A stretch of 64,000 nt of DNA from Podarcis muralis (taxonomy: Eukaryota), in assembly GCF_964188315.1 (NCBI RefSeq), contig NC_135671.1, positions 30,256,001 to 30,320,000 on the forward strand. The letters run 5' to 3'. Below, piece by piece: positions 36,087 through 47,188 of the stretch. Both the position numbers and the translations under genes were made by a program. Below the pieces are notes generated by a model. The model ran no database searches. It was given only the letters and a program-made list of their open reading frames with translations, and had not been told where the DNA came from. Position 1 is the first letter of the stretch, and the number at the start of each line of letters is the position of its first letter.

Positions 36087-36723
36087 AGCCACTTCCGTCC
36101 TCAGGAGGAGGTGGTGTTGTTGTTGTGGTGGTGGTGGTGGTGGTGCGCTTCACGCCCCCAACACACGCGCGGAAGCTGGCTTCCAGCCCCGCGCAATCAT
36201 TTGAATCCTCGGGCCGCGTCATCCCCTGGCCAGCCAATCGGCTGGCTCAGGGGGTGTGGCTTGCCTCATTTAAGGCAAGCAGGGCCCGGGATCTCCCTCT
36301 CGTCACAACTTCTTTGGTTTTGGTGGTTAGGCATTGGTAGGGGTATTGTTATGTAGATGTGTTGGGGGGGAGGAGCGCCATCACCTCCCCCAAAATATCG
36401 AAGGGTAGTCCGGTGAAGGATTCCGTGGGGCGTGGCCTTGTCCGAAGCCTATGGAGGTCAGGGCCTAAAGCGCCCCCCCCCGAGCGGTGACCCCGGGGGA
36501 GTCCCTTGTTGATGTGCATCAGCAGGGCTCCCCCTGCTGGTGCTAACCCTTCCCGGTCTTCAAGCAAACAGGCTGAAGCCGGATAGTCGGCTAGGACCGA
36601 TGCCTAAGCCAATACTGCTCTTTACCTGTAACCAATAAAGTTGTGGCCTATTTTAGCCCATTAACCTAAATATTTGTGCCACGTGTCATTATTCTTACTG
36701 GTGGGAGGCGGGAGCTCGCCACG
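36087..36723 (+). mobile_element. Second non-autonomous DIRS-order derivative (diverged family)
   Basis: Empty site in paralog (~22193 ggacaacaacctc); same diagnostic motifs; ends cacgca like 29117. Confidence 0.75.
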
Positions 36724-36890
36724 CAACCTCATGTGGTCCAGTGCAAGAAAATCATGGGGTGAGGGGACCACTCAGACATGATAGCACTGCAAATTACTTA
36801 TCCAATTGCATATCTAATTATGTAATGGACATATAATATGATATAGCCTTTCTTTGGGCATGGTTTTGAAAGTAATTAAAGTGTCAGGTT

Positions 36891-36921
<31 letters not shown>

Positions 36922-37506
36922 AATGCTAAAATAAATGCATATTGAAAAATAGCAATACTCCATTTTGTGTACAATGTATTATTACATTCTTGCCAACACT
37001 TTACAGAAATCAAATGTCAGAACAAATAACATGAAAGCAAAAGAGCAGAAATTAAGTGTGTTTGGTTACAAGAATTCCAACATTGAAAAAGCAGACTCCA
37101 AATGTTTTGTGTCACTTGGACGGCAGGAATTCTGTATTGATTAGCTATGAATGTTTGTATGTGATGCCAGTAAAAGGTTTGATGATGATGAAAAAGCAGA
37201 TTCCCTCACCATCACTGGGGACAAGGAGGGGCAGAAAAAGCCACATCCACAAAGATAAACAGATACGTACCTCAAACTGACCCCAAAAGAAATATACAGG
37301 TACCAGCCAGGTACCAGGGCAGGGGGAGAATTCATGCCGCTGCCTGGGAGAGGCTGTGCCCTGTGATCCCATAAGCCAGGACAGCAAGCTGCGATCCCGC
37401 TTGCTGTCCTGGCTTCTGGGATTCAGAATAATTTTTTTCTTGTTTTCCTCCTCCAAAAACTAGGTGCGTCTTATGGTCTGGTGTGTCTTATAGAGCGAAA
37501 AATACA

Positions 37507-38364
37507 GTACTTAATTCGTTCCGGAGGTAGGTTCTTAACCTGAAACTGTTCTTTTTTTTTTAATAAATTTTTTATTCAAAACATATTATATACATATACA
37601 TATTATATACATATTGTATACATTATATACAAAACATTTTATAACAAAACATATTTTCCAAAAACGTATCGGTTCCCCCCCCATTTTTCCTCCCTCCCCC
37701 CATAAAACCCATCCCCCCACCCCCCCACCCTGACTTCCCTCAGTTCCAGTCTTTGGTTTCTCCAATAATGCTATTTTCTGCATGTTACAGAGTTGTATAG
37801 ATCCTCCAACTGTTTAGCTAATTATTATCAGTAAAAAAATTGTGAATGTTTATTCAAAACCTGCCAAGGAGTCCAGTTCGCATTGTTGCGTCTTCAAATA
37901 CTTTGTGAAAGGTTCCCATTCATCCTTAAAGTCACAGTTATCCTTATTTCGTAGTTTATATGTCAATTTGCCAGTTCTGCATAGTCCATCAATTTTTCTT
38001 GCCATGATTCTTTAGTTGGGATTTCTTCAGTCTTCCATCCTTGTGCTACCAGAACTCTCGCGGCTGTTGTCGCATACATGAAGATGTTTTTCAACTTTTT
38101 TGGCAGGTCTTTCCCTATAATCCCCAACAAAAATGCCTCGGGATTTTTTAACAAATGTTAAATGGAACATTAACCTGAAACTGTTCTTAACCTGAAGCAC
38201 CACTTTAGCTAATGGGGCCTCCCGCTGCTGCTGCGCCGCCGGAGCACGATTTCAGTTCTCATCCTGAAGCAAAGTTCTTAACCCAGGGTACTATTTCTGG
38301 GTCAGCGGAGTCTGTAACCTGAAGCGTCTGTAACCTGAAGCGTATGTAACCTGAGGTACCACTG
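37507..38364. mobile_element. Tc1/pogo MITE (1561 family) split by an L1, preceded by a truncated ...cgaaaaatacag-type mariner end (~37320-37507)
   Basis: MITE sequence resumes after the L1; right TIR gaggtaccactg. Confidence 0.75.
37554..38169 (-). mobile_element. L1-clade LINE 3' fragment inserted into the MITE
   Basis: Poly(T); ORF2 end (NPEAFLLGIIG...YATTAARVLVAQGWK); 19-bp TSD ttaacctgaaactgttctt. Confidence 0.9.
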
Positions 38365-38788
38365 CATACGGGTACCAGCCATTCAACAAGAACAATTTTG
38401 ACACTTCAGTCTCAGCACTATATGAACTTGAAATAGTTCTGCCTGAATGTTTGGTAGTGAAAATGAGGGCTAGGATTTGGGAGAAAACAACAGTAATCTT
38501 TAGAAATGTTTCCTTTGTTGCAGGGCTGAATGATTACAGGTTCATTTATGAGAAAATTCCCACAACCCGATTTATTTTCCAGTGATGTACTAAAGAGAAA
38601 ATCAAAGTTGTCTGTAAATGCTAAAGCAAGGCCAAATTTTTCCAAGTGAACATTCCATATACAGATGAATTTTTAAAAAGATGAGAAAAAGCTACAATAC
38701 TATTTGAGGTGTTCTTTGTCCATTAAACAACAGATACAGTATTTGTTGGGTTTCATAATTCCTCTTCAAAGTGGATAACGCTTAATTT

Positions 38789-39733
38789 TCACATTCTTTG
38801 GGTGCAGGAGCTTTTGCCCAGCGATTTCTTAAGCGCTATTTGAACATCTTTGTTTCTCAGGCTGTACACTAAGGGGTTCAACAATGGAGTCACCATTGTG
38901 TAAGAGACAGAAATAAAAATAGTCTCATCTAGCGTGTAACTGGATTTGGGCCCTAAATAGATAATGCCAGCACACCCAAAGTGCACCACGACCACAATAA
39001 GATGGGAGGCACAAGTGGAAAAGGCTTTTCGTTTCCCAGCTGTTGTGGGGATTTTCAAGACAGTGTTTGCAATTAAAATGTACGAGAGAAGGATGAACAA
39101 GAATGAAGAAATCACAACCAAAACACAAATAACAAAAATGACAATTTCACCTATGTAGTTTCGGCCGCAGGCTAATTCAAGCAAAGGTGCTAAATCGCAA
39201 AAGAAGTGCTTAACTTTATTTGGTCCACAGAAAGGCAAGGTAAATATGATAATGGTCTCTGATATAGAAAAAATAAATGCAAGTGATACTGAACAAGCCA
39301 CCAGCTTTGTGCAGAGTCTTTGATTCATCAAAATCTGATAACGTAACGGTTTGCATATGGAGACATATCGGTCATACCCCATCACTGCTAGAAGCATACA
39401 ATTTGTGCCTGCCAAGCCCAGGAAAATGCACATCTGAGTAGCACAGCCAATGAAGGAAATTTTCTTCTTCTCTCTTAGAAGATTTGCAAGCATATTGGGG
39501 ATAATGACGAGTGAGTAGCAGATTTCTGAGAAGGAGAGGACGGAGAGGAAGAAGTACATGGGGATGTGGAGACTGCGGTTAAGCCGTATCGTAGTGATGA
39601 TGATTATATTTGCCATCAAAGTAACCAGGTAAATTAGAGAGAACACCAGAAACAATGGAATCTTCAGGTCTGGGAAACTGGAAAACCCAGCAAGGATAAA
39701 TTCTGTCACCACTGTTTGATTTCCTCTTCCCAT
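38789..39733 (-). CDS. Olfactory receptor 5, intact, 314 aa
   Basis: All OR motifs present. Confidence 0.97.
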   Translation of the reverse strand: MGRGNQTVVTEFILAGFSSFPDLKIPLFLVFSLIYLVTLMANIIIITTIRLNRSLHIPMYFFLSVLSFSEICYSLVIIPNMLANLLREKKKISFIGCATQMCIFLGLAGTNCMLLAVMGYDRYVSICKPLRYQILMNQRLCTKLVACSVSLAFIFSISETIIIFTLPFCGPNKVKHFFCDLAPLLELACGRNYIGEIVIFVICVLVVISSFLFILLSYILIANTVLKIPTTAGKRKAFSTCASHLIVVVVHFGCAGIIYLGPKSSYTLDETIFISVSYTMVTPLLNPLVYSLRNKDVQIALKKSLGKSSCTQRM

Positions 39734-39833
39734 TGATGTAGAATCTGAAAATAAACTTTAAAGGTATTACAGATTGCAACAGTGCTCATCATCTGATGTT
39801 GTATACAAAAATACTTGGGGAGAGGTTTGTTCA

Positions 39834-40232
39834 AAGTGTTGGTGCTGACCTTTAAAGCCCTAAACGGCCTCGGTCCAGTATACCTGAAGAGCGTCTCCAC
39901 CCCCATCGTTCTACCCGGACATTGAGGTCCAGCACCGAGGGCCTTCTGGCGGTTCCCTCACTGTGAGAAGCAAAGTTACAGGGAAACAGGCAGAGGGCCT
40001 TCTCGGTAGTGGCGCCCATCCCTGTGGAACGCCCTCCCACCAGATGTCAAAGAGAACAACAACTACCAGACTTTTAGAAGACATCTGAAGGCAGCCCTGT
40101 TTAGGGATGCTTTTAATGTTTGATGTATCACAGTATTTTAATATTCTTTTGGAAGCCGCCCAGAGTGGCTGGGGAGGCCCAACCAGATGGGCGGGGTATA
40201 AATAATAAATTATTATTATAATATTATTATTA
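39834..40232 (+). mobile_element. L2-type LINE 3' fragment in the OR5 5' intron
   Basis: KVLVLTFKALNGLGPVYL-type end; (TAT)n tail; TSD ttgttca; empty in paralogs. Confidence 0.8.
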
Positions 40233-40396
40233 TTGTTCATAAAATGATTATTTATTTTTTGCTCTTTATTAGATTTATGTACCGCCCTTCAGCTGACTAT
40301 CACAGGACACTTTACAACATAAAAACACAAAATGCATAATGTGACCGTAAAAATGCAATAGCAATAAAAACCATTTGATGTGCCTTAAACATCACT

Positions 40397-42213
40397 TAAA
40401 CAGGTTTAAGGATTTAGATTTGGTGGACAGAGTGCCTGAAGAGCTATGGATGGAGGCTCGTAACATTGTACAGGAGGCAGCAACGAAAAGCATCCCAATG
40501 AAAAGGAAATGCAAGAAAGCAAAGTGGCTGTCCAACGAGGCCTTACAAATAGCGGAGGAGAGAAGGCAAGCAAAATGCGAGGGAGATAGTGAAAGATACA
40601 GGAAATTGAATGCAGATTTCCAAAAAATAGCAAGGAGAGACAAGAAGGCCTTCTTAAACGAGCAATGCAAAGAAATAGAGGAAAACAACAGAATGGGAAG
40701 AACTAGAAATCTGTTCAAGAAAATTGGAGATATGAAAGGAACATTTCGTACAAAGATTACCATAATAAAGGACAAAAGTGGAAAGGACCTAACAGAAGCA
40801 GAAGACATCAGGAAGAGGTGGCAAATACACGGAGGAATTACACCAGAAAGATATGGATGTCTCGTACACCCCAGGTAGTGTGGTTGCTGACCTTGAGTCA
40901 GACATCCTGGAGAGTGAAGTCAAATGGGCCTTAGAAAGCACTGCAAATAACAAGGCCAGTGGAAGTGATGGTATTCCAGCTGAACTATTTAAAATTTTAA
41001 AAGATGATGCTGTTAAGGTGCTACACTCAATATGCCAGCAAGTTTGGAAAACTCAGCAGTGGCCAGAAGATTGGAGAAGATCAGTCTACATCCCAATCCC
41101 AAAGAAGGGCAGTGCCAAAGAATGCTCCAACTACCGAACAATTGCACTCATTTCACACGCTAGCAAGGTTATGCTTAAAATTCTACAAGGAAGACTCAAG
41201 CAGTATGTGGACCGAGAACTTCCAGAAGTGCAAGGTGGATTTAGAAGAGGGAGAGGAACCAAAGACCAAATTGCAATCATGCACTGGATTATGGAGAAAG
41301 CTAGAGAGTTCCAGAAAGACATCTACTTCTGTTTCATTGACTATGCAAAAGCCTTTGACTGTGTCGACCACAGCAAACTATGGCAAGTTCTTAAAGAAAT
41401 GGGAGTGCCTGATCACCTCATCTGTCTCCTGAGAAATCTCTATGTGGGACAAGAAGCTACAGTTAGAACTGGATATGGAACAACTGGTTGGTTCAAAATT
41501 GGGAAAGGAGTAAGACAAGGCTGTATATTGTCTCCCTGCTTATTTAACTTATATGCTGAATTCATCATGCAAAAGGCTGGGCTGGATGAATCCCTAGCCG
41601 GAATTAAGATTGCGGGAAGAAATATCAACAACCTCAGATATGCAGATGACACAACCTTGGTGGCAGAAAGTGAGGAGGAATTAAAGAACCTTTTAATGAG
41701 GGTGAAAGAGGAGAGCGCAAAATATGGTCTGAAGCTCAACATCAAAAAAACGAAGATCATGGCCACTGGTCCCATCACCTCCTGGCAAATAGAAGGAGAA
41801 GAAATGGAGGCAGTGAGAGATTTTACTTTCTTGGGCTCCATAATCACTGCAGATGGTGACAGCAGCCACGAAATTAAAAGACGCCTGCTTCTTGGGAGAA
41901 AAGCAATGACAAACCTAGACAGCATCTTAAATAGCAGAGACATCACCTTGCCAACAAAAGTCTGTATTGCAAAAGCTATGGTTTTCCCAGTAGTGATGTA
42001 TGGAAGTGAGAGCTGGACCATAAAGAAGGGTGATCGCCGAAGAATTGATACTTTTGAATTATGGTGCTGGAGGAATTATGGTGTTCTCGAAGCTACCAGG
42101 ATGAGTTTGACTAAACTGTGGGAGGCAGTGGAAGACAGGAGTGCCTGGCGTGCTCTGGTCCATGGGATCACGAAGAGTCGGACACGACTAAACGACTAAA
42201 CAACAACAACAAC
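40397..42213 (+). mobile_element. 5'-truncated BovB/RTE LINE
   Basis: RT ORF (GSDGIPAEL, IDYAKAFD, GVRQGCILSP, YADD); (CAA)n tail; 10-bp TSD aaacatcact; frameshift at ~40830; internal 3' deletion. Confidence 0.93.
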
Positions 42214-44235
42214 AAACATCACTCCATGCAGCTGCCTGAGAAAAGGCCGCCTCCATTTGCCCAATGGTAGAACTGGCCTCAGTAGACAGAGCCTAGCACA
42301 ACAATTGTGCAACCAAGAAAATAATCGTGTCACCCTACAGACATATTATTACATTCACTGGACCAATAAGTCTACACTGCAGAGTTGAATGTCTGATATC
42401 TCCCTTTCGAGGAATCCTGGGAATGTCTGCTCCCAAGTTAGTGAGGCATTAGAGCCAGTTTACAAAACTGCATTTTCCATAGAACTAAAATGTTAGCAAT
42501 CAGACAACATCTTGGCATAGTTCATCACCATAGATTAAAATTCTGTATTCCTTTAATTGATGTAATTCCACTGTGAATGAATGTCTGGCTACAGCCCACA
42601 AACTGATGAAGGAGCACAGAGGCAAGTGAGCTGAAGAGTTTGAGGCTTCACAATATTCCTGTCAATTGCAAAATTAACAGCATCACAAGACATAACTCTG
42701 AACACCACTAGAATATTTTATTGAGGAGCATGCCTATCTTACCCTGCCTCTTAAAGAGTCATACATTCAGTGTCTATTCCAAATTGTAGCAGCTCTCCAG
42801 GGTCTCAGGTTGCAGTCTTCACTAGTCCTGCTAAGCTACCTTATACCCTTTTGGAAAAATAGTCGATCTGGCGCCTTCTGCATGAAAAGTAATAAATCTG
42901 CCATTGAGTATGAATCTTGTTCCCAAGATAAAAAAGAGTCAGGGGCTTTGAAATTGTTCTTATTTCCCTTTAAAGTGGCAAAGGCAAGAGCATCTGAAGG
43001 GCTGAATGAATGAATTCAAACTAAAGCTGCAGAACCTCAAACCACAATAGACTTACAAGGAAGCACGATGGATGTTGAGCTCTTCCAAATGACAGCAATT
43101 TGCCACAATATCCTTTTTATGATGTTTTTATTGAGCATGGAATGATGTAAACAACTTTATAAATCCCACTAGATATCATCTCCATGGTGTTTCAAAACGT
43201 AAAATAAATCAACCATCTTATTATCAATGGGAGTTGTTAGAATCTACAAGTAATAATTAACAATGCATGTAATTTTATTGGGTGTATTTTTTCCCCCTAA
43301 AACTGTTGACTTCATCTCTATATCGATACATTTTATTGTGTCTACTTGATTTTCAATTTTTATTTTATCATGATGAATATTACATATTGTTTCGGTGTAA
43401 AGTACAGTAATGTCTTCCTGATTAAGTGGTGTGAATATTGTTTAATAAATAAAAATAGGGTACAGGACAAATGGCTGTGGGGTAAGCCACACCCATTGTC
43501 AAAAAGGCAGGGAAAGTTCCATCTCACAAAACCTAACATCTCACAAGGGTACTGAAGACATCAGGGTTCAAGGAGATGAGCATAAACGAAATATTTTCAC
43601 AGAGTATATATTACTGATGCTCCACAATCCAAGCTAAGCCCCTTTTCCTTTGCAGAGGATACTAAATGATTTCATGGCAGTATCTGCATTCCCAATGACT
43701 TCTGGACCCAGGTGTTCAATCTAATTCCTATTATTGTGGGTCAGCCCTTGGCAATGGATCCAGATTTGGCATTACTTTCTCTAGAAAGCAATACAACCCA
43801 ACCATTGACCGCTATCCTCTTGTATTTATGTTCTAAGCAGCAGCTAAAATCTCCATTGCTAGTCACTGGAAATCCAGATTCCCATCCCGGGATTGTTGGT
43901 TTGGAAGGTTATGGGACATTGCTCTCTCTGAATATCTAACATGCCAGAGAGGGCTTAGCAGCAGGGAGATTAAAAACAGACTGTTTCTATTCCATTTAGT
44001 AGCTCTTTCTATCCTTTGGCAATGCTGAGTCAAACAAGCATCAACCATCCCATAGCCCAAATAAACATATGGAGAAGTTCTCCGTATGTTTAGTTGATAT
44101 TATATGGTATTATATAGTTGATATTATATGGTAAACACCTGACTTGGGCATTTTCGTTTTTAGCAGCATTGCACGAATGGTTCTTTTTTCCATTGTTGTT
44201 GTTGAAATCATAGAATCTTAGAGTTGGAAGGGACA

Positions 44236-44698
44236 TGTCATGAATGAGCCAGCTCCCAGTGAAGGAAGCAGTTACAAAGAGAGAGGGTTAAATGACAGAA
44301 AAGAGGAGCCTTGGCCAGGGTCAACTCCTCCGCCCGTTGGAATCGCAACTGATAATGTTGCACGCAGGCAGGAACCTAGCCAAAGCTGTCAGGAGTTTCA
44401 AACAGGAGCAAACAGAATCATGGGTAGTTAATCAGAAAAGGAAGAGGCTGAGCTAAGCCAATAAGTGTGGAGAATAGGTCAAGGGGCGGGTTGTTAGATA
44501 GGAAGAAAAACAAGAGAATTAGGGTTAGTAAGTTCAATATCTTCCGTCATCACAGGAAGGAGTCGGAAGGGTCATCATGATTAGTGGAGAATGGCGGCAC
44601 TGTAGAGTCATCTGGAGAACACTGTTATTGCAATAAATCTTCCTTTTTAATTAACTACGCTGACTGCGTTATCAAGCTGGAAACTGGGACTCCTGACA
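44236..44698 (+). mobile_element. Solo LTR, paralogous copy of 30506
   Basis: Near-identical sequence at the same site. Confidence 0.85.
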
Positions 44699-44859
44699 GG
44701 ACCCAAGGGCCACCATCGGCTGTGGTGAGGACTGCAGGGCCTGTTCCCTTAAAGGCCTTTCCAGCTGACCTAGGGAGCAAGGACCAGGCCCTCACACTTC
44801 CAGCTATAAAGGGTCTCCTGTGGCAGAAACTGCCTTCTTGGCTGCTGAACCCACTATTG

Positions 44860-44995
44860 CAGTGTTTCCCAACCTTGTGCCTCCAGCTGTTTTTGGCCTA
44901 CAATTCCCATCATCCCTTGCCACTGGTCTTGCTAGTCAGGGATGATGGGAGTTGTAGGCCAAAAACATCTGGAGGCACAAGGTTGGGAAACACTG
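44860..44995. mobile_element. Palindromic hAT MITE
   Basis: Near-perfect 136-bp inverted repeat; 8-bp TSD cactattg; absent in the paralog at ~31125. Confidence 0.92.
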
Positions 44996-46243
44996 CACTA
45001 TTGGTCTCATCAGCTCAATCCACCAGAGCCTGTCTTTGCATACGGGAGAATTCCTCCTTGACACACAGACACACACAGGCACTATAGCTAATAAAGTAAC
45101 TTCTTTCAATACTGCCTGCCATTCCCATTCTCACCAGATAACAACTTGCTTGCTCTGCTGAGACTCTGTGCGGAAAAGTTGCTGAAGAATGGACACCATT
45201 CAGACCATCCTATCCCAACCACACCATACAGTAGAATTGCACCCAACCCCTTCCACACTACTGAATTATGGGGGACCTTTCTTGATATATTGTGTGTTTT
45301 ATGGTAGAAGGAAAATCAGCCTGGCAGCTACATTATTCTAGAATGCCAACTGAAGGACAAAAACATTATGTGGTCCAATGCAGGAAAATCGGGGGGTGAG
45401 GGGTCCACTCAGACATGATAGCACTGCAAATTAATGATTCAATTGCATATCTGATTATGTAATGGGAATATAATATTATATAGCCTTTCTTTGGGCATGG
45501 TTTTGAACATAATTAAAGTGTCAGGTTTAAATAATATATATATATACATATGAATGCTAAAAGAAATGCATATAAAAAAATTACAATGCTGTATTTTGTA
45601 TACAATATATTGTTACGTCCTTGCCAACATGTTACAGAAAGCAAATATCAGAACATACTACATGAAAGCAAAAGAGCAGAAATTAAGTGTGTTTGGTTAC
45701 AAGAATTCCAACTTTGAAAAAACAGATTGCCTCCTTGAAAATAGCCATTACTGGGGACAAGGAGGGGCAGAAAAAGCCACCTCCACAAAGATAAACAGAA
45801 ATGTACCCCAAACTGAACCCAACCAAAATATACGGGTAGCAGCTATTCAACAAGAACGATTTTGACACTTCAGTCTCAGCACTATATGAGCTTGAAATAG
45901 TTCTGCGTGAATGATTGGTAGAGAAAATGTGGGCTAGGATTTGGGAGAAAACAACAGTAATCTTTAGAAAAGTTTCCTTTGTTGCAGGGCTAAATGATTA
46001 CAGGTTCATTTATGAGAAAATTCCCACAACCCAATTTATTTTCCAGTGATGTACTAAAGAGAAAATCAAAGTTGTTTGTAACTGCTAAAGCAAGGCCACA
46101 TTTTTCCAAGTGAACATTCCATATACAGATGAATTTTTCAAAAGATGAGAAAAAGCTACAATACTATTTGAGGCATTCTTTGTCCATCAAACTACACATA
46201 TTTGTTGGGTTTCATAATTCCTCTTCAAAGTGGATAACAATTT

Positions 46244-47188
46244 TCACATTCTTTGGGTGCAGGAGCTTTTGCCCAGCGATTTCTTAAGCGCTATTTGGAC
46301 ATCTTTGTTTCGCAGGCTGTATACTAAGGGGTTCAACAATGGAGTCACCATTGTGTAAGAGACAGAAATAAAAATAGTCTCATCTAGCGTGTAACTGGAT
46401 TTGGGCCTTAAGTAGATAATGGAAGCACAACCAAAGTGGACTACGACCACGATAAGATGGGAGGCACAAGTGGAAAAGGCTTTTCGCTTCCCAGCCGTTG
46501 TGGGGATTTTCAAGACAGTGTTTGCAATTAAAATGTATGAGAGAAGGATGAACAAGAATGAACAAATTACAACCAAAACACAAATAATGGTAATGACAAT
46601 TTCACCTATGTAGTTTCGGCCACAGGCTAATTCAATCAAAGGTGATAAATCGCAAAAGAAGTGCTTAAGTATATTTGGTCCACAGAAAGGCAAGGTAAAT
46701 ATGATTATAGTCTCTGAGGTGGAAAAAAGAAATCCAGTTGTTGCTGAACAAGCCACCAGCTTGGTGCAGAGTCTTTGATTCATCAAAATCTGATAACGTA
46801 ACGGTTTGCATATGGAGACATATCGGTCATACCCCATCACTGCTAGAAGCATACAATTTGTGCATGCAAAGCCCAGGAAAAGGAACATCTGAGTAACACA
46901 GCCAATGAAGGAAATGGTCGTCTTCTCTCTTAGAAGATTTGCAAGCATATTGGGGATAATGACGAGTGAGTAGCAGATTTCTGAGAAGGAGAGGATGGAG
47001 AGGAAGAAGTACATGGGGATGTGGAGGCTGCGGTTAAGCCGTATCGTAGTGATGATGATTATATTTCCCATCAAAGTAACCAGGAACATAAGAGAGAACA
47101 CCAGAAACAACAAAAACTGCAGGTCTGGGAAATTGGAAAACCCAACAAGGATAAATTCTGTCACTATTGTATGATTTTCTCTTCCCAT
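46244..47188 (-). CDS. Olfactory receptor 6, intact, 314 aa
   Basis: All OR motifs present. Confidence 0.97.
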   Translation of the reverse strand: MGRENHTIVTEFILVGFSNFPDLQFLLFLVFSLMFLVTLMGNIIIITTIRLNRSLHIPMYFFLSILSFSEICYSLVIIPNMLANLLREKTTISFIGCVTQMFLFLGFACTNCMLLAVMGYDRYVSICKPLRYQILMNQRLCTKLVACSATTGFLFSTSETIIIFTLPFCGPNILKHFFCDLSPLIELACGRNYIGEIVITIICVLVVICSFLFILLSYILIANTVLKIPTTAGKRKAFSTCASHLIVVVVHFGCASIIYLRPKSSYTLDETIFISVSYTMVTPLLNPLVYSLRNKDVQIALKKSLGKSSCTQRM

